From NCBI GenBank assembly GCA_022605425.2, contig CM061253.1:760918-824917 (forward strand): a stretch of 64,000 nucleotides of DNA. The letters run 5' to 3'. Below are positions 48,530 through 60,499 of this stretch, piece after piece. Position 1 is the first letter of the stretch; each line of letters begins with the position of its first letter. The notes under the pieces are model-generated. The model was not told the DNA's origin. It saw only the letters and a list, made by a program, of their open reading frames with translations, and did no database searches. A program made the translations under genes and the position numbers. Source of the DNA: Hamiltosporidium tvaerminnensis FI-OER-3-3 (Eukaryota > Fungi > Microsporidia).

Positions 48530-50740
48530 ATACGCTTTTTATGCATTTTATTCTACCTCTTAATCACTACTTCTCTTTTTCCAAATCTAACTCTTCATTT
48601 ATGTTATTGATCGGTTCACCAAACGTGGTTCCTCCTTATGAAAAAAGGGGTGTATAATTTTTCGGTTTTAATTTTTTGCACCATCTTGCTCTCTTTTCGC
48701 TTTATTTAAAGAGGGTGTTGGTTCCCAATCCCTCTGTGCTCCAATAATAACATCTATTGACGCTCTTTCCCGGCTCTCTTCGGCATTTAGTCCTGACTCA
48801 TTTCCTCTTCGTCTATCAAGGGAAATTGTTTCGACCGTCTTCTTAAGTACTATAGACTGAATGTATGCCTCTACATTCATGGGTATTTCTGGTCTTTTAA
48901 GATGAGATATATGGTATTTTGCCACAATACCGACCCAAGTCATCACATAAGGGATTATCTCAACACTACACTTATAAGCAAAACCGAACTCATTGGCTAG
49001 AAAGTCATAATTCCTAAGTTTTTCAGTTTCGACCATTTGAAGTGAATCTTGGGAAGTGATTCCTACTTAATAGGTGTTGTCTTATACTTTTTCTTATCTA
49101 AAATAAATATGTCCGGTCTGTTATTCCGAATTTTAACATCGGTTTTTATTCTGGTGTTAAATCTTATCTCTGCATTTTCGTTATCAAGAGTTTTTTGAAC
49201 TGAGTGACTCCTAATTCGTTTTGAAGACTTAAACTTATATCTATTTAGAAGAAGTAAGTGTAGGAATCCAACTACTTCATTTTGCCGTCTGGTGTAGTCA
49301 TGGCCAAGCATTTTTTCACATCGAGTTGCTAGATGATCTAGAGTCGTACCATATTTTTTGCAGTGTTGGCACATACCATCTCCCCCCAGAATCCATTTCT
49401 ATCCTGGATATAACAGAACACGGCTTCATTTCGGACCTAATATTCCCTCTCTATAGCCATCTTGAAGAGTAACTAACACTTACAGCTCATTTTTCCTTGC
49501 ATTATATAACTTTAAATGATGTTTTCGTTTTTCTATTTCGTTATATAGTTTTTCAATTTGAGCTTCTTCTAAACTTTTCTTAGTGATTTCTTCTACTAAC
49601 CTGTACTTAACTTTTAAGAAGCCTTTTATTAATGCAAGATGAGTTTTATAATTATTCTCTACCGAAGATTGCTGCTCGTCTAGTTGATATTTCTTTACTT
49701 TTTTCCAGACAATCCAAGAGTTGCAGAAGCATATGTTCGCTTCGCAACTCAACACTATGTAGGCCTCTTCCAAGTTTTGTTCTAGAAAGGTACAAACGCT
49801 CTTTACATCCTAGGCAAAGATGTATCTTATTTATCACCTAACCGCACGCACCGCATCATCTAACTTAGAGAAGTCAGCTGGCTCAAGTCGAAATACTCCT
49901 ATGTGATAGTTGATTAACAAATCGCATTGTGATTGATTGCAGAAAATAAATTTTTTGTATTTAATCGGGTGTAAAAAAGTCTTTAAACTCGTGCTATAGG
50001 TTTAGTCTGTACTTTCTTAAACGATTTCTTGTTAGAATTCTTCTGCTATCTTCTATAATTCCAAGTTATTTATAAACACTAAAACCTTCTAGAAGAGTAA
50101 CAGTATCTTCATAACAAGTATCAATTGTGGCTGACTTCTCATTGTTAGTCTTTAAGCCAATCACCTTTAAAAATTCCTTTGCCTCGCTTTTCATAGCATT
50201 CAAAGTTGAGCTGTCTTTTGCAAGAGCTCAAGATCATCAATAAACAAGAGATGATTAGTAGAATAGGATTCTACATCTATTTCTACGGTCACTTTCGTAT
50301 ATTTTTTATTAGGATTTCGGCTCAATGGATCTATGCAGAACACAAACAACAATGAGGACGGACTATCTCTTTGCAGAATCTCTCTTTTAATCTTCTTGCT
50401 CATGATTTTTTTAGGCCCTACTGATATATCAATTTTTCATTTTGATATAATTACTAATAAATTTCAGGATCAATCAATTAAATTAAGGTTTTCAATGCAT
50501 TGAGTCAAATAAGCATGATTTATTGAATCATAAGCTTTTTTAACATCAAACCATGTTGCCTTAAGATTGAAATCGTACTCTTTATTTAAGGCAATATTTA
50601 GTAGAGCATGCTCTTTCGCTCGTTGCACACCTCTTTGGCCCCTAATTTATTTTCTGCAAGCAACATACCTTTCCACTTCAAGTTGGACGACTTTCGTTAC
50701 ACTCTTTGTCGCTTACCTATTAAATAGATACATATTTTGG
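48530..50740 (-). mobile_element. 5'-truncated, disrupted non-LTR retrotransposon with RT and restriction-like endonuclease (R2/NeSL-like RLE group)
   Basis: WFDVKKAYDS, ILQRDSPSSLLF, HLLFIDDL, GRGL; CCHC finger CQHC...HLATRC; RQNEV; RPDIFILD; KLRNYD. Confidence 0.92.
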
Positions 50741-50974
50741 TGCAGAAAAAACAAAAGATTTTATGATACTTTTATTTAAAATTGCCATTATTTTAAATAT
50801 TACGTTGAAAAATGTAGTTTTAAATCATAAATTTTGTCATATTATTATAATATCATAGAAACAACTATTATATCAGTATGAAAATACCAGTCTATTAATT
50901 TTTTTATGATTATAAATCAAGTGCCATTTAAAATTCTAATAAATCAAATGATATTTAAATATAAATTTTTTAAT

Positions 50975-51665
50975 AATATCACATCTTTTTAAATCCAAGG
51001 ACACATGTTATTTTGTTTTCATGGCATTAACCTACTTCAAGGTTTAGTATAGATAACCAATCTCCAAATTTTATCGGCATCACCAAATTACATATAAATT
51101 AAGGATTTTCATCTAAAAGGAAATTAAACACCAGTGGATAAGGGTTTCCATCGGTTTCTTGCTTGATATTTATTTAATATTAAAAATTCATAAAAGGTCA
51201 GCCGAATACAAGTAGCTTACTCACCTATATACTCCAGAACCCAATATAAACTTATCTAAGATAAATTTCGAAATTATACCCGGCTCACTTAGACATTGCA
51301 ACGTCATACCACAAAGATAACTCGCTAAATATCATTGCTTGCTCTTTAAAGAGTAGTTTTTATCATCTCTTAAGCGGTAGCTCTTCTACTACAAAAGAGA
51401 AAACTTAGGTTTTTATGCTTTTACATGACAATTACTTACAATTCAGCCATTGTTTCTAATCACGTAACATAAGAAACTTCAAAATTCTTTGTATATGAAT
51501 TTTTGCACTGTTGTAGATTTTTTTATGAATACATACTCCCATGGAACAACAGAAATTTCGAGTAGTTATAATATCAAAAAATTCAAATAATGATTTTCAT
51601 ACCAGTTTCAGATACTCGTTGCTAAGCAAATGGTTTTAATGTAGTTAAAGACCATCCACTAAATA
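50975..51665 (-). repeat. Copy G of Trp-rich decayed coding element (near full length)
   Basis: Reverse complement aattgtcatgtaaaagca, tggtatgacgttgcaatgtct, gttccatgggag, tttaaaaagatgtgata. Confidence 0.85.
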
Positions 51666-51968
51666 TTAAATAACAAATTAAAATATTTGTACTATTTTTT
51701 GAATGGTCATAAGCTGATAGTGTTTAGTGAAACTAAAGTAAAAAAATCTTAATTGAAAGAAAGCAGAGAAACTTAAATTTTTTTTTATTTTTTTTAAAAA
51801 GATTTATTAGTTAAAATAACCAATTTTTAAATAAAAATTTTATAAAATACAAAATATTTTGTAACCGTGAAAGAACAACTTAACAAACTTACAAAAATTA
51901 TAAAAAAATTATAAAAAATTATAGAAAATTATAGAAAAAATAAAAAATAATTAAAATATTCTCAAATT

Positions 51969-52499
51969 TTATTCTTCTCTACTTAGAAATACCATTACAC
52001 CAATAGAAAACATAAGTACAGGTTTAAGCCATTTAAAGGTATTTGCCCAAATAGTAACCATTCCAAAATATGGAATATATCCTACAACACAAGAAATAAT
52101 ATCTTCTTTATTAAGATATCTCTGACCTGGTCTGTACAATGAAACATCATCATATCTGTTATTATCCCCTTTTGTTAAAACAGAAGTATTGAATTTTTTA
52201 ATTGCCCGATGAACAATTGGTATTTCTTTTTTATCAAATTGAAAGACACACATATCTCCCGTCGTATAATCAAACGGTTTTAAAAATAAAATATCTCCTC
52301 TTTCAAATCCTGGTGACATACTTTCACTTAAAACTACAACAATTGGACTGTCATTGTTTAAAATAATTGAAAACAGTTTCCATACCATATATGTACTCAT
52401 TATTGAGTAACAAGCAGATGTAAATTGTAATAATATTTGTCTTACTGTCATACGTTTTAAAGATTGAATATCTTTTGAAGAAAGTACCATGTCTAACAT
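51969..52499 (-). CDS. SEC11: Signal peptidase complex catalytic subunit
   Basis: SPIVVVLSESMSPGFERGD, IPIVHR, LTKGDNN, GYIPYFGMVTI; ccctga before ATG. Confidence 0.96.
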   Translation of the reverse strand: MLDMVLSSKDIQSLKRMTVRQILLQFTSACYSIMSTYMVWKLFSIILNNDSPIVVVLSESMSPGFERGDILFLKPFDYTTGDMCVFQFDKKEIPIVHRAIKKFNTSVLTKGDNNRYDDVSLYRPGQRYLNKEDIISCVVGYIPYFGMVTIWANTFKWLKPVLMFSIGVMVFLSREE

Positions 52500-53396
52500 T
52501 CAGGGTAATTTTAATTCTGAATAAAAAAAATAATTGAATAAAGAAATGATTTAATAAAGAAAAATATTGAGTAAAGAAAAGATAGCGAGTAAAGAGATAT
52601 GGTGACATAAGACAAATACTTAAAAAAATAATTTATAAATAAATAATTGAATAAACGAAGCTAAAAAATTATTTAGTATATAAAACAATATACAAGTAAT
52701 TAGAAAGTATAATAAAATTAAAAGAGTAAGAAACATATTATCAAATATAATCTCTGTCTTAAGAAGAAGTATAAATGAAGTAAATAAAATATATTTTTAA
52801 GTAGAAATATAAATTCTTAGAAGTTTTGGGAAATTAAAAATTTAATTTTAAGGTCAGAAAATTTAAAAAAATCCAAGAAATACTTTAAAATCTTAAATAT
52901 TTTTTTTAAAATCAAAGACATTTTTTTGTATTTTAAAGGTGAAAGAATAATTCCAGTTTTTAAAAATATTTAAAAAAAAAATTCGTTTTTTAAAATGAAG
53001 TGTATATAATCAAAATATATTGAATAAATAATTCTAATTTAAAATATTTTGCTTCTTTTAAATTATTTTAGCACATATTAGTAATTTTACAAAAAGACAT
53101 TTATTCAGATTCATATATTCTTATTATGATTATTTTATGATTAATTAATTTAATTTTTATTTAAAAATATTTCTGTAAATATTTATTTTATGAAAAATTT
53201 GTGATGAAATAACTCAATTATTAAAACATTTTTTAAATCTATATGAAACATATTTCTACAAACAATAATTTTAATTTTCAAATTAGAAATTTTTATAACA
53301 AATAAATTCCTCTAATATAATAATAATGATAAGAGATTCCTTTATCAGATGTGAAACAGATGAGATGTACATAAAAAAAAGATAAAGAAAATAGAA

Positions 53397-53663
53397 ATGC
53401 TTTGTTTTTTAATATTTTTACTTTTTACAAATATATTTGGAAAAGTAGCAATACCTTATAGTGTTGAAGAAGTAAATACCATTGATGAGGATTCAAGTAA
53501 TACAGGGAAAGAAATCGTACAAGTTATAAATATAGAGACAGGTGCTGTATTAAATAATCCGGAATCTAAACAAGCTGTTCATGTTAAAAGATCTCCACAT
53601 TGTCCTGGTATTTTTCCTAGACATATTATATCAAGTTATGGCTTTCATAGATGGAATTTTTAG
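53397..53663 (+). CDS. Small secreted prepro-peptide-like protein (88 aa)
   Basis: Signal peptide MLCFLIFLLFTNIFG, acidic pro-region, KR dibasic site, basic/aromatic C-terminal peptide. Confidence 0.7.
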   Translation: MLCFLIFLLFTNIFGKVAIPYSVEEVNTIDEDSSNTGKEIVQVINIETGAVLNNPESKQAVHVKRSPHCPGIFPRHIISSYGFHRWNF

Positions 53664-54165
53664 ATAAAAAGAATAGAATCAAGTCAATTAAAATATTAAA
53701 TCAATTTTGTTTTACTTTTTTTCTATAATTCGGTTTCATTTATTTAATTTATCAAATATAAAAAAAAACAAATTTATTAACAAATATAGAAAATCATTGA
53801 GGTGTTATTTATAATAAAAATCAAGAAATATTATTTTTGTAAAACAGTAGAAATTTATTTTAAATTATATTTTAGATTAAAAATAAAGAAATATTGTTTA
53901 GTCAACAACTAAAGAAATTTATTTGAAATTGTATTTTATATTAAAATCGAAATAATTGCTAACATGCAGAATGTTTAATTTATTGAAACAAATACATATT
54001 TAACAAACACATACAATCTATTATCTAACTAAATAACATCTTTCTTATCGATAGAGTAATATTATAAGTTTTACTACAAAAATATTATCTTAAACATTTG
54101 AAAGATAATTTATCGGTTTTAAAACACTTACTACATATAATGGAAAGAAAGGAAATAAATAATTT

Positions 54166-54330
54166 ATGATAAAATATATTCTTTTATTTGTAATTTATCT
54201 TGCTAAATGTGAATTTCTAGATGGATATCACGAAATAGATTATGCGCATACAGATGATAGAGGATGTTCCCATCAACATGGTATATATGGACGACATATG
54301 CATGGTGTACATCATTTAGATCATTTTTAG
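54166..54330 (+). CDS. Small secreted His-rich peptide (54 aa), below the ORF-track cutoff
   Basis: MIKYILLFVIYLAKCEFLDGYHEIDYAHTDDRGCSHQHGIYGRHMHGVHHLDHF*; GC island in AT-rich flanks; AATAAA about 20 nt after the stop. Confidence 0.7.
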   Translation: MIKYILLFVIYLAKCEFLDGYHEIDYAHTDDRGCSHQHGIYGRHMHGVHHLDHF

Positions 54331-56319
54331 CTGAATTTGAGATATAAAAGTAATAAACTCTATATTTTTTTGTATATTATAAATATGGTTTAAATTTGTT
54401 ATCTTTATTGAATTTATTATCAAATTTACAATTATTTAGTAAAAAAATATTATAACTAAATAAATAGTAGACGCATTTGAAGCGAATATATTAAACTACC
54501 AAGTAATATTGTCCCCTATATTTTCTAATTAATAGAAAAACTTAAACTGTTTTTATACAAATTTATGAATATTTTTTTACATTTCATAATCATTTGATCT
54601 ATTATAATTCTAAAAAAACCTAAACAATTTTTTTACCTTTTTAAATATCTTATACTTCAAATTATCATAAATAATTTTTTATAATTTATTCTAGCGTGAG
54701 TACTTTAAAAGAACACAAAATAAAAAAAACTTAAAAATGAAATATAAAATCAGAATTTAAAAATATCTTAAATAATCTTAATATGTGTTTGTATGAATCT
54801 TAGAAAGAAGTGAAATTTTTAAATCAAAAAAAAATATTACATTATCTCAAATAACCAATGAATCGTATTAAAAGAAATAATTTTTATACAAAGAATTATC
54901 AAATTGAGACTTGTATAGAAATAATTGACCCAAAAGCATTAAAAAAATATTTCTAATTTTTTTATTTGTAACAAACATCTATATATTTAAGCATTTGTAA
55001 AAAGTCAATATATTATTATTATGAGTCTGTTTCTTTTTTTTTAGAACCTTTTTTGTTTTCAACCAATAATCTAAACGTAAAAATAATTTCTCATGCGCTA
55101 AACACATCTTTCAAAATGAATATTAAATTATCTTCTCAATTTGATTTTTAAGTATAATTACAGACTTACACGTTTATTTTCTAAAAGTTTTTTATTTGAT
55201 AAAATATTCTATAATTAAATAATTTTACATTTAAAACTGTAGAACTGCTTACTATGTGTAAATAAAGATCCCTAAACGCAAGATAAGCTAATATTCTCTT
55301 ATAAACAAATGTATAAATAGAAGAACGGTGTGAAACATCTAAAAGCAGAAAAAAAAAACATTCCGTTATTCTAGATAGAGAATTTTAGAAAAAACATACA
55401 AAGAGTACAATTTAGAAGAAGAAATTCAAGTGTTATAGAACTGAGAGGAAATATATAAAAGTATTAAAAAAACATTTTAACTAGAAATTCGATTAAAAAG
55501 CTTAGTATAAATAATTTACCATTTCTGATTGCTGAAATTTATTTTTAGATGCGACTATTAGGATAATGGACCCAAATAATACATTTATTTTAATATATTT
55601 TAATTCCTTGCTATAAACTATTCAAGTAATTTCTCAAATCTAGATGTAAATATATTTTAAACTTGGGTTAAGTCGTTGATAATGATTATAATCTTGAAAA
55701 TAGAACAAGGGACAGCTAGTTAGACAAAGTATTCTGTTTGAAACGAATCTTTTCTTGTAATTAATTAAAGTAAAGTCATAATTGAATAAAATTTGATCTT
55801 AAATTGCACTGATTGTACGGTGTATTCAAAATACCGTTATTTGCGTAAATGAATAATACACATTCAAAATTCTGGATATTTAGTTTCTTGGTACTTTCAT
55901 GCCACTTAATTTTAACTATTTTTATACTTCACGTAAGAAAAACATTAAAAAGTACAAAAAAATCCTCGAGAAAAAAATTTGAAAATTAGAAAATTAAAAT
56001 TTAAGATTGTGCTGACATAGCTGAACTATACTATTTCAAATGTTTGTGCAATAAAACAATGAATTTTAGGTTATTTATAAAGTGTTTAAAGTGATTAATT
56101 TTTTAATTGGTTTGTATTGTATGAGAATTTTGTATAGTTCAAATATATTTTTATATGTATTTTTTTAAGTATATAGTGAAAAAAAATTTAAAAATAAGAA
56201 ACTAATATGATAATTGCAATCGTATCGATTTTACTTGATTGTAGATAATAGTAAAACAAAATTTAATCGCAGTATTAATTTTTTTTATGACCATCAAATC
56301 TTTTTACAAATGGCATACT

Positions 56320-56830
56320 TTATATTGTTTTCATGATTTAAAACATTTCTAGGGTAACCTAGATAAACTTAATTTTAATGTTCTGTCGGCATTTTCTATA
56401 ATACCTGCATCCCAAAGCCTTTCATCTAAATTGGGTGTGGAATAAATTTTATAAACGAGGTATTGGGCTGGAATTTCTTAATATAGGTTGATTTATGTGT
56501 TATAGCAGGTCGAACCCCGCGTTAGGCCCCATAAGACCTGCTGCGTTTACACACACTCTAGACTTATCTACCAAAAAGAGTTCCGGCCAATATATATTTC
56601 AGCCTTTTTATTTGTCAAATTAGACGCTGTGAGGTTATTGTAACACATATAACTTGCTATTTGATATAGTGGAATATTTAATAAGTTTATTTTTGTATTC
56701 ACCGGTGTCAAGTCTTTTGACTTAGTAAATAAAACTATTTTTCATTGTATTTACATGGAAATCACCTAAATGTTATTATAGTCTCACAATCGATTTACAT
56801 AGAAAACTAAAAGCTTCTTTTAAAAAAATC
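56320..56830 (-). repeat. Copy H of Trp-rich decayed coding element
   Basis: Reverse complement ctg aaa tat ata ttg gcc gga (LKYILAG), tagatgaaaggctttggg, catgtaaa. Confidence 0.75.
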
Positions 56831-57359
56831 TTTAAAATTTTGTAAACTTCTTTTGCATATACAAATTACAACGTAATAACCAAAAATAAAGTATAGTTTT
56901 CTTTACAAATACGCGAACTTAAATTTTATTTTTGATTTCTTCTATTCCTAGAAATCAGAAAAGTTTTATTGTGAATATTCCTTTAATTTTTATTTTCTAA
57001 AGCCAAAGATTTAACTTTAAGATAAATAACAAATTATTACAAAATTTGGTAAATTTCATATCTCTTTCATAAGTTTTTATTTTTTATAAGAATTAGAGAT
57101 CTAAAATAAACGACATTTTACTTTTACCATAAATAAGTTGAAATAGATGTTTTTTCAAGAATTTCACGTCTAGTAAATGCTGATTGGAGCATAAATAAAT
57201 CATCTGCTTTACAATTTTATATATTCGACTGAAAAATGTCCAGTTTTTTATAAATTTTAAATTGAAATAATATGGATATAATTTTTCTAAATGTTATTAT
57301 ACAAAATACAAATATTTAAAACTAAAAAAACTCATGAAGTATTACATGTTTTCCAATGA

Positions 57360-57810
57360 GCTAAATCTTATTCATAAGCATAGTTTTGAGAAATTCCAAA
57401 TGTGATGACCCGGAACATTATTGTCTCAAAATACCGTAAGACATACTCCAAAAGATTCCAAATGCCCACAAATAAGAGGCATAATTCAATCCTTAGTACC
57501 TAGAAGAAATCTGAAGCAATTTCCTTTGATTGACAAAAAATACTCGTGTTAGATAAAATGCCAAAAAGAGCTAGGAAAGAGTGTAAATATGTGTTATTAA
57601 GGGAGCCGAGATGCATGATGAATCAATAGCTCTTCAAAACAAGTGAGAAACGAGTAAATTGGTGTAAAATATTTTAAACAACCAAATTAAACACTTCTTA
57701 ATTTTAGATGAAGGAACCACATTTCAAGAATCGACGATAAACAATAATAAAGAGTCGGTTTTATAAGAAGAACAGATAGTAGTATTAGAGGTAGAAATTA
57801 AAGTATAAAA
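57360..57810 (+). mobile_element. 3' fragment of the RLE retrotransposon (decayed)
   Basis: gtgatgacccgg...aaaatacc, aatttcctttgat, gccgagatgcatgatgaatcaat resemble the 3' ends of the copies at 24500-24990 and 48530-49000. Confidence 0.6.
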
Positions 57811-58299
57811 GTCCGTAAAAAAGCTTCTAATTTGTAATTTTATTTAAAATTTAAAAATACTATAAAGTTATTTGAGAAAGATATAGGTTTGGTAAGAACA
57901 CCAAAATATCCATATTTGATAATCTCAAAAAATCAGTTCAATTTTTGATTGGAGAAAAAAATAATCGAAAATGCTTAAAATAACAATTGATTGTAAAAGT
58001 TTAAAACAATACTGTTTAATAATAAATGTCGTTAAAATAATCCTATTTAGAAAATCAACGAATTATAACTTTTTAATCAAATAAAACGTTAAATTTTCCG
58101 AAAATTATTAATGATTTTAAATATTTTAATGAATAATTAACTCAAAAATACAAAAAAAAATTCAACTAAGTATATTAAGCGAGCGATAGAAAAAAATAAA
58201 ATTTTATTTAAAGAATATAAAAAAAAAGCGACACAACAAGTAACTTAATCTAAGAAAATTTTATTTTCCAAACCAACTTTCATATAATGCCTTTCTTTA

Positions 58300-60150
58300 A
58301 TTTGATATATAATCCGAAGAATTCGTTATTTCAGAAAAGTATAAATTTTAAATTTCTAACTGCAAAAAAATGGCATAAAATTTATACTGTATAAGCCTTG
58401 ATTATCTTTTGAACTTCAACAACATTCCGAATTTATTTTTAACTAAAAATTTTCTGTATAAATCTGATTCTTTTTCACTTTTAATTGAATTATGTCTAAT
58501 CAGTTATATCATTTGCAAATTTATTATTAAAATATTTAGAATACTGATAATTTGAATAATGACAGGTTTCAAATTAGATGGATCAATAAAAAGAAAGAAA
58601 TTTTTATGTACTTCTTGGCATATAAATTGGATTTTTATTTCTTTAAATAACTAAATTTAAAATAAAATAAAATATTTTTTGCTTTGAATAATATTTCAAA
58701 TCCTTCAAGAATGTTTTAAAAATATTGGCAATTGTTGTTAAGCTTATTTCATGCCAAAAAAAATGCTTCATGGAAATATTCCTTTTATTTGCAAAAATGA
58801 TTTATGATACACAAAATTTTAGAATATTTACATTGTTCTCAAAAATATCAATTAACCTTATATGGAATTCGTCCGATATTTCTATTAAAAAGTTCTTTAC
58901 CGAGTTGTTTGCATTGTGATAGAATCGGTTACATGTATTTATTCATGAAAACAGAAGGCAAGGTTATATATTTCAACTTTTGGTTTCTTTTATCGAACAA
59001 AAGATCAAATTTAATATTTTCAAAAATCAAACATTTGTTATTATCGGAGAATACACATAAACCCCATCAAACAATGATGTACAATATTCATCGTGAGCTT
59101 CAAGGTTTTTTTTTCTCACAAATAAATTAAAATTTATTACCTTCGGTTAGATGAATAATAGCGTTCCGATTATCCAAATCCTAATAATATTTCACAGTTT
59201 CTACTTTGGTAGAACACAAATTTCTAAAATTTAAACATCTTCTTTGTTAAAAAGTGATTTATATTTTTTATATGTTAGAAATGAATGTATATATTTTTTC
59301 TAGATATCATATTATCATGTCTAAAAAATCCAACAACTGATTTTCAAAAAAAGAAAATTCAGGCTCAGTTCAAATATGATATGTGTTAAATATCACATTA
59401 CACTTATTTATTATTCTTAGATCACGTCTAGTTAATTTTTTTAACAATTCACTGTATTTCTGCTTTAAAATCAACTTATCGCTACTTTAATGAAATATAC
59501 CCTGCGCTTTATTTTCGAATCCTTAAATTATCTATTAGAATTAAAAATCAAAAAAAACAATGTGTTAAACCATACGGATTATCAATAAAAAAATCACTTT
59601 TTTTTAACAATTATTTTTATACATTCATATAATTTTTAAACATTCAAAAAATACTGCACTAACTTTTCTATTTTTTTAATGTTTCTAATGGTTCAATACA
59701 AACTAAATAAAAAGCTCAGTTCAATTTAAATTTTTTCCGATTATTTACATCAAAACAATTTCATTTTTTACCTTATAATAACCAGATTATTTTCTTTGTT
59801 TCAGCTTCATCTATAATTTTTTTCATTCCGTTCCACCAGATTTTCTAAAAAAATCTTTATAAATTTTGGGAAAAATTTTATTGAATTCTTTATCACATCT
59901 GATGAAAATAATTTGATTTTACATTACAGATAAAGAAATCTATCCTCAATATTCCTATAATGGGTATATTTTGATTTTTGCTTTTTTATATTTTAAATTT
60001 AGCTGCATTACTGGTGTACTTTCAATCGAAACTAAAAAGGCTGCTTTAAAATTCAAAAGATTACATAAGAGATGTATAACAATAAATATATTTTATTAAG
60101 AAAAATGTTTTTTGAATCAGGAAATTTTTGTACGAAAATTCGCATTTATA
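58300..60150 (-). pseudogene. Probable decayed member of large LRR-type multigene family
   Basis: Leu/Ile/Phe/Asn-rich coding-like texture on the minus strand similar to the adjacent gene; no long ORF. Confidence 0.3.
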
Positions 60151-60499
60151 AGTGACAGGAAGTTTAAAATTAAAAAAATGTAAAAATTTATATAGTCTAA
60201 GAATTTGCAATCGGTTTTGATAAAAAACATAATTGATACTAAAAAAATATAAGTTTTTATTTATTTTGCTTTCACTTAAACTTTTCTAAGTTTGATTTAA
60301 CATATAAATAATTTTTTTTTACTTTTGTATACAAGTTTGAAAATCAAAAGAGTATAAAATCATCTGTTTAGCTAAATTTAAAATCTAAAACAATATATTC
60401 AAGTAAGGTTATATTTAAAATGTTCGTTTTAGTATTAATCAGTCATAATTTTCCACCAAATATAATGTTCTATCTTAAATTCTTAAGAACGTTTTTAAA

